From positions 7,378,001 through 7,442,000 of the forward strand of contig CM120647.1 of NCBI GenBank assembly GCA_051362555.1: a stretch of DNA of 64,000 nt, in the 5' to 3' direction. Shown here piece after piece: positions 1-12,919 of the stretch. The notes beneath the pieces were generated by a model. That model was not told where the DNA came from and made no database searches. It worked only from the letters and a program-made list of their open reading frames with translations. Position 1 is the stretch's first letter. The number at the start of each line of letters is the position of its first letter. Source of the DNA: Lingula anatina. Its lineage: Eukaryota > Animalia > Brachiopoda. The translations under genes and the position numbers were made by a program.

Positions 1-119
1 TGATAGACAGATGGATTACTAAAATATAAGCGTTTTTAAGACATTTCATAGGTGCAATGAACGTATAGACTATTCTTGTGTAACGTGAAAGAGTTTCCCA
101 TGATTGAGAGTCCGCCTCA

Positions 120-380
120 CACATTCATTTGTTCAGGTAAGGCTCGACCTAGATTTTGACCAACCTACGTCAGGCTAACCCTAACCATTACAACTAAATA
201 CTATCAGGCCCGCTTCCTATTCATCTGTACAGGTAAGGCTCGCCCTAGATTTTGACCAACCTACGCCAGGCTAACCATAACCATTATAACTAAATAATAT
301 CAGGTCTGCTTCCTATTCATCTGTTCAGGTAAGGCTCGCCTAGATTTTGGCCCACCTATGTCAGGCTAACCCTAACCATT
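120..380. repeat. ~95-bp tandem repeat, about 3 copies, containing CTAACCCTAACC
   Basis: The unit ATTCATCTGTTCAGGTAAGGCTCG..CTAGATTTTGACCAACCTACG.CAGGCTAACCCTAACCATTA recurs at ~123, ~219 and ~315. It is possibly the internal array of a rolling-circle (Helitron/Helentron-like) non-autonomous element; that assignment is inference. Confidence 0.75.
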
Positions 381-2658
381 ATGATTTATTAATATAACTT
401 TACCGGGATCAGCGAGTCTATCATTAGTGTAGGCCTATTGGCAATTACAGTAAAGTGAGACATTGGCAATTACGGTATAAGTGTCTCGCTTATATTTTGA
501 GCGAGGTACGTCAGTCGGGTGCCTACGACGGGTCCGGTAACACATTGGGATATTTCGTGAATAAAATTGGAAGGAAATCCCGAACCAGACCTTGGTGGAA
601 AAGAATAGTCCCATTCACGTTTGGTTTGTTCACAGATGGACCTGTAAAAGACACGTGACTTATTAAGGGATTAAAAACTCTTCTTATGAGATCCATACTT
701 TACAATAAATGCATTGTAAACTACACATAGAAATATAATAAATTCCATTTTCCGTCAAAATGGAAGGATATGGAAATTATTCTGAAATCTGTGGTGGCGA
801 TTGGACTTTGTATCGTACAAACATGGTTACCCTCTCTCTACAGATTATTACATAAACAACTGGCTGACTTTCAACATCGGAATGGATTCATTAATCATTG
901 GTAACGAAAAGGAAAATTGTGGTTTACCCCATATGAATATTAATGTTTTATTTTCCGCTTTCTTATAGCCAGTCGTTGCTCTAGTAATTATCCAGATAAA
1001 GTAACCCGAATAAAAAAAATACAGGTATTCATAATTTTCAAGAAGTGGTTTCTCCTAGTTGCAGAGATTACTGGATATAATTATCTGCACTATCAGTTTT
1101 TCTCTGCAGTTTCCAATAATCCCTAAAATTCAGTGTTTGATGTGGATGCTAATGCATTATGTACGCTTGCTACTTACAGCTGAATGAAAAGAAATCATGA
1201 TTGCATGCCAATGTCATTTTATGTTAATTATTGAAAAGTAACTGTAATGTTAAAGTTATGAATAATTAAAACAATTTGAATCTGAATTAAAGTCGAAATG
1301 TAAATTTGTTTTGATATTTTTTTTATAATTTTATTTTTATAAAGAAAAATGAAATGAAAGGATGAAACAGTCCTAGTTTGTATAAAATTATATCAACTGC
1401 TTTGTTAATGATATCTTAAACCAAATTTTATATATTTTTAGATTATTTTCTTCTGTTGCAGGTTCATGATGGCAGATAAGGCTGGAATAGCTGAAGTTCA
1501 AACTCACCAATGGCAATGCTACCAAGGTCAAGGCTACCAAGGGAAACCTGGCAGTGGTAAAAAAAGGTAATGAAAAATAAACCTAAAAGTGTAGCAAATG
1601 ATTAAAAAAAATGGTCTCAATTCACCGAGGATTTTGAGTGGATCATCAACTGGGTCTCAGAGAAGCCAGAAATCTAAAGGTCAAGGTCAAGATAAAGGTC
1701 AGGGTTAGGTTAAAGGTCAGCAAAAATCTACAGACTCAAATGCTCATAAAAAGTCAAATGCACAGTTTAAGGCAGATAGGAGAGCACTAGATTCCCAAAC
1801 AATGTTGCTACCCACCATGCAATTTTAAAGTTGGGCTTACATTATGCAGAGGGTGTGTTGTCTGAGTCCAATGCAAGGTGTATTGCACTGCTTAATGCCT
1901 TCAAACAGGTGGGTTTAAATTGGGTCTCTCTTGAACAGTGGCTCACTCTAGTTTTTTTTTAATGTGAAGCCTATTATTATTAATATAAAAGAGATATATT
2001 CTAGCATACGAAAAAGAAATAAAGTAGATTGAATGTCTCTCTGGTGTATTGGTAAGCCCCAAGTCAGATTTTTGTAGAAAATAATGAAAATCAGAAGTAA
2101 AGGATTTTTTCTTTTTTGATTTTTTTTAATATCTCCAAAGCATGCAATGGTTCTCTTCATTTATTTTTTTCCATCCAAGGTATACCAAGTGAAAACTCAT
2201 AATACATCATTTTTTCGCATGTATGCACTTAAGAATAACCCAAAAAGATATATATATATATGCATGCATTATGTTTTACAAATTCCACACAGGTTATTCG
2301 TGACTATGCCAAACCTCCACGAAAAGAGCTAGCCAGAGATTTAGATAACAGAATAAAGCCATGCATAAGGTAGGACAAGACTGACATGTCCATTTGCTTT
2401 ATACTAGATGCATTCCCTTGTGTAAGACAATAACTACCTTGACTATTTTCTGTAATTGTTCGTCTCCGCAGGTTGAACTTTCGTTCTTTTATTTTCAGTA
2501 ATAATATTTTCAAAGTCCCACTTGGTTAACATCCTTAATATGATAAAAACTATAAGTTAATATTTAATACATTTCTAGCCAAGGTTGGCCTGTTTCAGTC
2601 TCTTTGGAGAATGCTCTCAAAGCTCCCAAGTGGACAGAAAAAAAAAATGTTCAGTTAA

Positions 2659-2995
2659 AGGGATAATAACTCTTCGTATGAGATCTATATTTCACAATAA
2701 AAACCTTGTGAATAACTCACAGAAATATAATATATTCTGTTTTTCCGCAAAAACAGCAGTTATAGCTATCACTCTGATATCTGAACTTGTCGTTAGACCA
2801 CGTGACCTCCATTGATGTCTATACTCTGTTAAAATCTCTTAAGAGATTTTAACAAAAAACCAAACTTTTTAGAAAAAAACCAGGGACTAACTTTGAATGT
2901 AAAAATGGATTCATTAAACATTGGTAAGTATGGGAAAATTGTTGTTTACTCCAGGAAAATTCATTTTTTGGCCGAAACGAAGAGTTATTATTGCT
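2659..2995. mobile_element. Kolobok-like MITE with TTAA target duplication
   Basis: TTAA-AGGGATAATAACTCTTCG...CGAAGAGTTATTATTGCT-TTAA. Near-identical inverted copy at 26262-26588. Empty site TTCAGTTAATCTTTT at ~36961. Diverged relatives at ~667-930, ~17480-17846, ~43030-43420 and ~59680-59990. Confidence 0.8.
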
Positions 2996-4146
2996 TTAAT
3001 CTTTTTGGTGTGCCAGTCTTATGCAGTGCCAGCCCATTAAAACAACATAGTAGTGGAAGGGCTTTAAATCTATCAAATGGAAAAATACAATAAATAGTGC
3101 GAATAGAATAGTGCAACATTAAAAAAAAATCTTATTCTTTTCTTTCAGTTTCTTGGCCCAGTGTCAGCCAGTTTCAGTCAGTATGGGGAATGCTATCAAA
3201 GCACTCAAGTGGCACATCAACCATACGCCAAGTGAGATGCTAGACTCGGAGGTGAGTTTTTTTTCCTTAACAGTTTTAGCTTAAGAAACCCCACATCCAG
3301 GGTATTGAGACCAACAAGCCATTTCATCCTATAATGTATTTCCAAACAACCCCAATTCATGTCTGATTGTGGTCATATAAAAGTTTATGTTTTGATGGCT
3401 TCCAGGTTAAAAGCTTCTAGCTTACTGGTCATTCAGAGTACCAGAAGTCATATAATCTGTTGGCCCGAATCTAGATTCACTGGTCCAGGTAAGGTTTTCA
3501 ATAAGAACTGATATTTATGCCTGTTACAATAAAACTTGATTTTGACAAATATGACTTTTAAATAAGTTGATGCCTCTTATAGGTCTATAAAACCGTTTGG
3601 CATATTTGTCTTTGAGTCTTTAAGCTTGATCAATTCATTCTTGCCAATAATAATTGCAATAATAATTTTTTGTATTTTCGTATTTATGTGATTTATATAG
3701 TGTTTGGTAGAAATCTTTAAACACTTTAATTTCTCATAAAAAATTAAACTTTAAGGTTATAAATATGGCAGACATGAGATTTTAGGAATGGAGATTGTGA
3801 GGAAAATTAAAGATTTGGAATTTTTCCCAGGCCAAAAGAAATTTGAAAGAAGTAATTGAAGATTTCCTGCAAGAGAAAATAGTTCTAGCTGGAGAAGCCA
3901 TCTCCTTAACTGCTCTGCAGAAAATCCAAGGTGGGGATGTCCTTCTAGTGTTTGGTTGTTGAGTGGTGAACACTTTTTTAGGTTGGATTATTTTTTAACT
4001 TTTTGAACAAACTTTTTCTAAGTTGGGATATTTATACTAATGGTGACAGTTTTAATTTTTTCCTAATATAAAAAATACCTGTTCCACTACTATTTTTCTA
4101 GGTTTTTAATATAATCAAATGGACCACTCAAATACTCTAAAAAAAA

Positions 4147-4186
<40 letters not shown>

Positions 4187-5038
4187 CTACAATTGTTTTT
4201 GCAACTAGTCCAGGGTTAAACCATTTTTTTAGACTAATAGTGAAACATATTTAGTTGAATGCTAAACGTTTGTTTCTCTTTTCAGCTCTTCTTTGATCCA
4301 GAAGATACTCTGCTATGCGCACTGCAAAGGAAGACAGTTTCGTGTTATCGTAGTTGATGGTCGTCCAAAGTTAGAAAGGCGAGAGATGCTCCGTCGCCTT
4401 GTTAGACATAGCATTAAGTGCTCCTATGTTGTCATCAATACAGCTGCTTACGTTATGCAAGAGGTCAGTGAGAGGGGTGTTTCCAGGATTTGAGGTACAG
4501 GAAGTCCAAAATGTGGATCATTCTGTAATTTGCTCAATGATTTGTAGGGAGTCCAACCCAGTTTTGCCTTACCAACCAACCCCTTTGTCCAGCCATCTTT
4601 GAAAAGATGACTGTTTTTGAGGCAGATTGCTGTCCAAATGCCAACTGGACATCTCTCTTGGAAGAACCTTGTCTCGAAAAAAAAAAAATTATATATAGCT
4701 TCAGCAATGTACATTGGGTCAACCAACACAATATCTCAACCAATACAATGCACAATTTCTCCTTTAACGCAGTGTTCTTTGAGAAAGCTCCTTTCACTCT
4801 TGGTAAAGGCAAGTGAACTTTGTCCTAGCCCGTGCTATGTACACTGGCTCATCAAACATTCTGCTCACAACATTTTGGACAGTAAAGAAATTATTTTGTC
4901 TGCTTCAGCAAGGTGTATTAGATATCTGTAGGAGAGATGATAATGGTTTGCCTTTATACAACTAAATGTCTCACCTAACACAATATACATTGTTTTTTTC
5001 TAAAAAAAAATAAATTAAAAAAAAAGTTAGAAGTATAA

Positions 5039-5083
<45 letters not shown>

Positions 5084-5089
<6 letters not shown>

Positions 5090-7500
5090 ACATTGGTCAA
5101 AAAGGTTGTCCCACCCCCATTTCCATGTACTTTTATTTACAAATGATCACCTCACAGCTGTAAATTGTTAGAAATAGTGCTTTTTATTAAAGATACCGTG
5201 TCTAACATGATTAATGGTTTAAAAAAATACAAAATAGTGGTGAAATATACACATTTTATACCATTTAGTAAAATTTATAAGAGGCACCCCCTCAAATCCA
5301 CTGTTTTACTGTGACTTCTACAGATGTAAAGAAATGTCTATAAAATTGAAAAGATGCCATCAAATGTCACCAAATTCACACACAATTAGCATTAGGGTGT
5401 GCTCGTTAAAGGTCACGTGCCTAACAGCGTGTGCGTCTACCGCGCACTGCAATTATCTCCTGTAGACGGCGCGACAAGCCTTCAACACGGGTAATTATTC
5501 TGTTATGTGGGATATTGTTCCATTCTTCTTCAACAAGTTGGGGGAGTTGGTCCACGTTTTTATGGTGTTGGTTCTCCTTTGCATTGCACACTCCAATTCA
5601 TGTCACAGTTGATTAGTAAGTTTAATATCAGGGCTCAAAGATGGTGGTTCCATCCTTAGAGCATTGTGTTTCTTCAACAAACACTTGCCAGGCGAGAGGT
5701 GTGAGCAAGTGTGCAGTCATGATAAAGCCTAGAGTTAACCCCAAAGTCAGTTCTTGAATATGGAATGAGATATCAGCTGAGAATGCTACGTTCAATGATT
5801 CCACAGGCACCTGAACCTGGCCATCCATCACTGGAAGGAAGTCGGTTTTGATGCAGAATCAAATTATTTCATGTATCCTATCGATGGTCAAAGAGGGTCC
5901 ATAGACATGTTAAAAAATGCCTCTTGGAAGGGTGTGTGTAGGATAACATCGCCTGAGGTGTTAGATCAGTCCGCATTTGGAGAACATTCCAAGCCCATGG
6001 TATTAGTACATTGTTCCTTTTGGAACAAAACGTAACAGGGGCATTTGAATGTAACATTCTTAACAGATATCTCATTCCATTTGCAAGAGATAACTTCAGG
6101 CCCCCGTTTCACAAAAAAAAACTTAAGTCGGCTTCCCTGACTTAGGGCTTGGTTACCAACGTAATTAAGTCGTTACGTCACTAAGTCCCGTTTCACAAAG
6201 AATCTAAAAGGTCGCTTACGTCGTTTTTTTCTTAGCTGCTAGTCGACGATGTCAAGCCTCCTCGGGAGGAGACTTAAGTCGGCAAGCTCAATTAAAACTC
6301 AGTAAATGAGAGCATAAACAACAAAAAATTTTGAAAGAACATACCTCCTTCAAGATATTGTGTTATAATATCCTTGAATAGCACTGACATTTATGGAATA
6401 TTGAAACAAAAAAATAAAATGCCACTTCACCCAGCTGATCGCTTGTTTGTTTATGTTTTTTGACCGCTAGACGTCCTTAGCGGTGTTCCACGACAAGCTA
6501 AAGTTTAACTGTTACTTTGAAGTTGTATCGAAGTTAAACTAATCAATAAAGTTAAAAAACAAACTTTGTTTGTGATTTGGCTGATTTTTATTGTTGATAA
6601 ACGAGCGTTCTCGGCCGAAAGAGGCCATGGAACGTCATGTCTTGTGAAACTTTTGAAATTTTACACCTCCTTTTCTTGAAGAGTTTCTCGTGCGCGTCGA
6701 CTACGGTAAGCACGCCAAGCTAAGACGTTAAATTCTTTGTGAAACACTCTGAGTCGACTTCAGCTAAGTCGACTTAGCTAGGCCACCCAGCTCGAGTAAG
6801 TCGTCTACGGATTTAAGATTCTTTGTGAAACGGGAGCCAGGGATGCTACTGGCTTCATTGTGACAACGCACTTGCTCACAGCTCTCGTCTGGCAAACGAT
6901 TTGTTGCAGAAACACAGGGCTCTGAGGATGGGACAACCGTCTTTGAGTCCTGATATTAATCCTATTAAGCACCTGTGGCATGAATTAGAATGTGCATTGT
7001 AAAGGGGAACCAATTCCTAAATAATCTTGACCAATTCCCCCACGCTCTTTAGGATGAATGGGACAATATCCCACATAACAGAATTGTTACCCAGGTTGAA
7101 GGCTTGTCGCGCCGTCTACAGGAGATAATTGCAGTGCGCGGTAGACGCACACGCTGTTAGGCACGTGACCTTTAACGAGCACACCCTAATGCTAATTGTG
7201 TGTGAATTTGGTGACATTTGATGGCGTCTTTTCAATTTTATAGACATTTCTTTACATCTGTAGAAGTCACAGTGAAACAGAGGATTTGAGGGGGTACCTC
7301 TTATAAATTTTACTAAATAGTATAAAATGTGTATATTTTCACCACTATTTTGTATTTTTTTACCATTAATCATGTTAGACACGGTATCTATAATAAAAAG
7401 CACTATTTCTAACAATTTACAGCTGTGAGGTGATCATTTGTAAATAAAAGTACATGGAAATGGGGGTGGGACAACCTTTTTGACCAATGTTGTGTGTGTG
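5084..7500. mobile_element. Fold-back Tc1-family derivative: two transposase 3' halves in inverted orientation
   Basis: 5084-~5490 is the near-perfect reverse complement of ~7095-7500. The + strand 5960-7160 (skipping the MITE) reads SVRIW..ILNRYLIPFARDNF..LHCDNALAH..PSLSPDINPIKHLWHEL..DEWDNIP..RRLQEIIAVRGRRTRC*, the Tc1 DDE C-terminus. The same region is read on the - strand from ~5830 to 5421. Flanked by TA-rich tracts. Confidence 0.85.
6100..6837. mobile_element. PIF/Harbinger-type MITE family 1, copy a
   Basis: TIR GCCCCCGTTTCACAAA...TTTGTGAAACGGGAGC and 3-bp TSD CAG (6097-6099 / 6838-6840). Interrupts the Tc1 transposase remnant. Confidence 0.88.
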
Positions 7501-7517
7501 CATATACATATATATAT

Positions 7518-8784
7518 TGTAACGAACCGGGGTCCAACACTGATGTTCATGAATTTTTCCGATTCCAATCCTGTTTTCGTCCTGCCGTAATCCATGATTC
7601 CATACAATAAATAGATACATAACATTGAATTTGTGCGGGAGAAAATCAACAACGTCTTCCAGCCGCGTCGTTGTGCAGCTGAAGGTCGCGACCTCGCGAC
7701 CTGCACCAGCTGACGTCACGGTCGCTATAAATAACGCGTCAGCAGGTCGTGAGGCGGCGTCTTTCAAGTTCTTTCGAGAAGGGGCGTCTTTCAACTCAAG
7801 CGGTGGGAGAAAAGTGAAAGATCTTTCAAGGGAGACAGTCAATAAAAAGTGAGTGAGACAGACCGCGGGTAGCCTGCGGGCTACCCGGCAGGGTGGGGAA
7901 ATTCTGGGGAAATTTTTTAACAAGTTTTAGACTTTTAACTTAGTTACTTTTAACTTAGCTACGGGTACTGTTTCTGGCGAGTTTCTCAGCGCAATCCCGT
8001 AACTGCATTCACTGTGACGCGTGCCGGAGGACAAGTGGTCGCTGACAGATCGTGGGATCTTTTGATTGCAGATGCTTAGTGTTCCTGGCCAAGGAAGCCG
8101 CTGCGGCATGGACGATCTTGGGTGGAAAGCCGGCCGGGTCCGAGACGTCATGTTGAGACGCCGTCGACAGCTCGTAGCTGAAGGAAAATGCCAGCCCGAG
8201 TGCGCAGAGTTCCCCCGTGAGTGTCGGGGCAGTGTTTCGTTGCTGTTTTATTTCAGTTCGGTCCGCCGGACGTGTTTCCTTTGTATGCAGTTACCGGAAA
8301 GCTCAGAGAAACAGTGATGACGAAAGACGTGTTCCCTTTGTATGCAGTTACCGGAAAGCTCAGAGAAACAGTGATCACAAAAAACGCGTTGCGTCCCAGG
8401 CGTAAGAAATTATCGCTACGCATCCACAGAAGACGCGTTGCGTTCCGTAGACGTCGCCGCGCCGTCCCCAGGCGCAAGAAGTTGTCGCCATCTATCCTAG
8501 GCGTCGTCATGGTTAGATATCGCCGTATGCTGCGCTACCTTCCGCTTTGAATCGACTTTATAACGAACTATACGGCTTAGGTCATTATGTATCTCCCGAG
8601 ATAGGGGTTTTATTGCATTCATTTTTTTTTTTTTTTTTTTTGGATTGGAAATAATAAATTTGAAATGTAACCACGTGTCTTTGTTATTCTTTCGAAGGAC
8701 CGGGATATACTTTCCCTGATTAAACATCGCATTCCCACGTCGCGTCCGGGGTCGTGCGCCGACGCGGCGACCCCGCGCGTTACA
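7518..8784 (+). mobile_element. Solo LTR (~1.27 kb), probably Ty3/Gypsy
   Basis: Termini TGTAACG...CGTTACA with ATAT(AT) on both flanks. GC/CpG-rich interior with a TATAAATA box at ~7726, a ~57-bp tandem duplication at 8269-8375, and AATAAA/ATTAAA near the 3' end. Strand inferred from the TATA and polyA motifs. Confidence 0.75.
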
Positions 8785-8930
8785 ATATATTGATGCATCT
8801 TTGAAGATTTACATTATAGTTGTAAAATACAATCCGAGCTTTCGGCCCCTGGGTCTCCATGTCCAGAGTTGGGACTTCCTAGATCTCGCTCCTGGCCAAG
8901 GTGTAGGCCTATTGTAATGTGCCGGTCCTG

Positions 8931-9664
8931 GCCCCCGTTTCACAAAAAAGCTTAAGTCGGTTTCCCTGACTTAGGGCTTGGTTAACAACGTAATTAAGTC
9001 GTTACGTCACTTAGTCCCGTTTCACATAGAATCTAAAAGGTCGCTTACGGCGTTTTTTCTTAGCTGTAAGTCGACGATGTAAAGCCTCCTCGGGAGGAGA
9101 CTTAAGTCGGCAAGCTCAACTAAAACTCGGTAAATGAGAGCATAAACAACAAAAATTTGGAAAGAACATACCTCCTTCAAGATATTGTGTTATAATATCC
9201 TTGAATAGCACTGACATTTATGGAATATTAAAATAAAAAAATAAAATTCCACTTTACCCAGCCGATTGCGTGTTTGTTTATGTTTTTTACCGCTAGACGT
9301 CCCTCAGTAGTGTTCCACGGCAAGCTAATGTTTAACTGTTACTTTGAAGTTGTATTGAAGTTAAACTAATTAATTAAGTTCAAAAACAAACTTTGTTTGT
9401 GTTTTGGCTGACTTTTATTGTTGATAAACGATCGTTCTCGGCCGAAAGAGGCCATGAAACGTCATGTCTTGTGAAACTTTTGCAATTTTACACCTCCTTT
9501 TTTTGAAGAGTTTCTCGTGCGCGTCGACTACGGTAAGCACGCCAAGCTAAGACGTTAGATTCTTTGTGAAACACTCCTAGTCGACTTCAGCTAAGTTGAC
9601 CTAGCTAGGCCACCCAGCTCGAGCTAGTCGACTACGGATTTAAGATTCTTTGTGAAACGGGGGC
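8931..9664. mobile_element. PIF/Harbinger-type MITE family 1, copy b, inserted in an EIF2B4 exon
   Basis: Highly similar to 6100-6837. TIR GCCCCCGTTTCACAAA/TTTGTGAAACGGGGGC with TSD CTG. Removing it restores CCG GTC CTG GTG TGT TGT GAA (PVLVCCE). Confidence 0.92.
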
Positions 9665-9879
9665 CTGGTGTGTTGTGAAACCTACACGTTCTGTGAGAGA
9701 GTACAAACGGATTATTTTGTTGCCAATGAATTGGTTGTTTTTTTTTCTTCTCACGTCTCTCTCTTTCTGGTTGCATTCACAACAGTGGACCAACAGATCT
9801 GTGGATCAAGTATGGCCGACCCACTTGAATGCTTTCCGCGGGGAATCTATTAATTGTCTATAAAGGGATTACACAACAG

Positions 9880-10839
9880 GGCCCGGTTTCATCAAGGCTA
9901 GATAGTGCTATCCTATGGATAAAAATGGCCGCTATCCTCTGGATAGAGCTATCCAGAAGACAGTGCGTTTCATCAACAGTGGATAGCGTTATCCAGGGGA
10001 TAAATCAGCTTATCCAGAGGATAAAGTTGTCCGCTCGAAATAGGAGGGATAAATCTGCTATCATGCTGTTAAATCATCAAAAATGGCTAACCTGCTTGGT
10101 TTGGCAGTAAATCCTGTGAGATTTCACAGGCGGAGTATAATTAGAAAGAGAATTTTAGAAGGTGTGTGTTTGCTTTTGATGCTTTGGGTGATACTGAATC
10201 AATAGATTACATAACAGACTTTATCAAAGTTGACATCGCGCCTGCTACGAACAGATCCCATGCAATCTCCGTGAGAGACCAATCACCTTTTATTTTACTA
10301 AAACATACCTTTTAAATTGACAAAAAAAAAAAAAAATCTATACTGCTATTGACATAATCTGCCAAACTTGCTAAGTCAGCCATTTTGTTAGAAAGTATGT
10401 CACGATCTTGCCCTTTAACTGCAAATTGTAAACATTGCATGAGGCACAACTAATGCAATGTGATGTGTTTTTGACACTGACATTAAAATATGCTGTAGAT
10501 ATTAGTCCCATTATTTTAATGAATGTACCATCTTGAAATATACTTAGAATATTGTTTATCATGGGTAGTTTACTTTTTCAAATATGGTATAGATCACTTT
10601 TTTGTTAGCAACTATCATGGCTTTTAAAATGTTTATAGCAACCAACTGCATTATGGGAATGTCTTTTTCTAAATATGGTATTGGATAAATTTTTATCCAC
10701 TGGATTACTATCATGCTGTTTATCCAGCCTTTGTGAAACACAAATTTATACAGAGGATAACTATACAGAGGATAAGAAATTTATACCTTGGATAGTGTTA
10801 TCCATAGGATAGCCTATCCAGCCTTGATGAAACCGGGTC
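9880..10839. mobile_element. PIF/Harbinger-type MITE family 2
   Basis: TIR GGCCCGGTTTCATCAAGGCT / AGCCTTGATGAAACCGGGTC, TSD CAG, and subterminal GGATA/TATCC repeats. Paralogous empty site at ~54840-54860. Confidence 0.88.
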
Positions 10840-11650
10840 CAGGCTTTTAAGTGGATCGGCCATATTTGTTCTGCAGATCAAATCGTTTTGAATTCGAACT
10901 CTCTCTCATCAACATTAGTTACTTACATAAGAAACAGGTTTAGAAATCAGCTTAAATTGGCCATAATTTTGAATTGCTGCCATCTTGAAAAAAACCACAC
11001 CATCTTGGATGTTTGCCTTCATACCACAAATACAGATGTCTTCATATTTTAAATAAGTTTACATTATTGTCGAAGATGATATATTTGAAATGTATGTCAT
11101 TTTCCTAGTCTCAGAAATGTCAATTTCGAACCCCTGTGTTAGTATGGCAATGGCTGGGTTAATAGAATAGAAAACAAGCAGAAAATGGGATCTTAGGATG
11201 TAAGCAACTACAGGGGTAGTATATAATAATATAGTAGTAAATAAGAGTCGCTAAAGGGCGGGGATGGGGGTTCAGGTTAATAAAATCAATCTAAGTAGCA
11301 ATCTTTTGGAATGTAATTTTCTATCAATTTCTTAGCAAGAGTGTATCATATCGATCATAAATATATAGTCCCCTATACTCATTGACAGCAATTTCTTTCA
11401 AATGCGACAGAATACATTAGTATTTAAACTCAAAAGTATTCTTTTCCATGTCAAATGTGAGTGGTTAGCATGTACATAAACTTTGTGTGATTTCTTAGGT
11501 CAAATGTGAGTGACTTGCATATATTATAGGGTATTATATGTCTTTTATCTAGACTTAAAATATTGTTGACCATTTGATTTTTCATTTTTTAATAATTTTA
11601 CATGACCACATATCTAGTAGTGATGATCACTATAAAACATAAGGGCCCAG

Positions 11651-12919
11651 GGGCCGGTTTCACGAAGCAGTAGTTAGTTAGAGATCGGTATTTAGCCTCT
11701 CGCTTGTTATGAGTGCCGTTTCACGAAGCTATCGCTAGTTCTCTCGCTCTTTATTGTGTTATTGTTACCATGGATATTTAGCGAGTTTCATCGCACGCAT
11801 GCGTAATAAATGAAATAGAAAGGTTGCTTAGTTACCGTTGTCTGTCGTTTGTCTTTGTATCCAATATGGCGACGACGTTTCTTGCTATCCGTACCGCCAG
11901 GCGGCAACGTAGACTACGACGTTTTCATGATAGGCAGAATATATTAGAATATACACGCGATGATGCAATTTACGAGAGGTTGCGCCTAGCTGTGACAAAA
12001 AGAGCGGCAAAAAGGTGGTGGAGATCCTTTACGACGACCTCAAAGCAGACGTTCTTATGCATTTCCAGCCGCCGGAAATTGCAGAGTTAGAGCTTTCGCG
12101 ACACTTTTACGCAAGAGTTCCACTTCCGGTAAACTGTTTCGAGACTACGGTGAGTAACGAAAGAGCTAACGACCGAACTTTACGACTGAACTTAGCCATG
12201 AGTTAACTACTGGGGCCGGTTTCACAAAGCAGTAATTAGTTAGCGATCGGTAGTTAGCCTCTCGCTAGTTATAGTGCCGTTTCACGAAGCAATCGCTAGT
12301 TCTCTCGCTCGTTATTGTCTCGTTGTTGCCTTGGATATTTAACGACTGGTCAGACCAGTCGCTAACTCTAGAGTTTCATCGTACGCATGCGTAATGAGTG
12401 AAATAAAAAGGTTGCTTAGTTACCGTTGTCTGTCGTTTGTCTTTGTATCCAATATGGCGGCTACTTTTCTTGCTAACCGTACCGCCAGACGGCAACGTAG
12501 ACTACGACGTTTTCATGAAAGGCAGAATCTATTAGAATATACACACGATGATGCAATTTACGAGAGGTTGCGCCTAGCTGTGACAAAAAGAGCGGCAAAA
12601 AGGTGGTGGAGATCCTTTACGACGACCTCAAAGCAGACGTTCTTATGCATTTCCAGCCACCAAAAATTGGAGAGTTAGTGCTTTCGTGACACTTTTACGC
12701 AAGAGTTCCACTTCCGGCAGACGGTTTCGAGACTACGGTGAGTAACGAGAGAACTAACGACCGAACTTTACGACTGAACTTAGCGATGAGTTAACGACTG
12801 CTTCGTGAAACACCCCTAAAAAATCGCTAAGTTTTCTCGTTAGCGAGGTAGTTCAGTAGTTAGTTGTTCTAACTAACTACTGCTTTGTGAAACCGGCCCC
12901 TGCTTCGTGAAACGGGCCC
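11651..12919 (+). mobile_element. Harbinger non-autonomous element family 4 (middle of the nest)
   Basis: TIR GGGCCGGTTTCACGAAGCAG / CTGCTTCGTGAAACGGGCCC, TSD CAG. Carries MATTFLAIRTARRQRRLRRFHDRQNILEYTRDDAIYERLRL, which resembles Harbinger transposase N-termini. Confidence 0.85.
12213..12899 (+). mobile_element. Harbinger non-autonomous element family 4 (innermost, self-nested copy)
   Basis: TIR GGGCCGGTTTCACAAAGCAG / CTGCTTTGTGAAACCGGCCC, TSD CTG (12210-12212 / 12900-12902). Same family as its host. Confidence 0.88.

Noticed and set aside
120-380. CRISPR array or true telomere
   Set aside because: The units are full tandem repeats without unique spacers, the context is eukaryotic with no cas genes, and there are only two TAACC(C) units per repeat.
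8253-8510. ORF with two DNFLRLG motifs (SDNFLRLGR) resembling an FMRFamide-like neuropeptide precursor
   Set aside because: It lies within a solo LTR and arises from a short internal DNA duplication. There is no signal peptide, the motif is RL rather than RF, and only one copy has a basic cleavage residue after Gly.
8221-8550. Arg-rich, protamine-like ORF
   Set aside because: GC-rich LTR repeat sequence with a non-ATG start and no gene structure.
11824-12678. Duplicated 88/94-aa ORFs as a host gene pair
   Set aside because: They are internal to two nested copies of a Harbinger non-autonomous element and at most represent a transposase N-terminal remnant.
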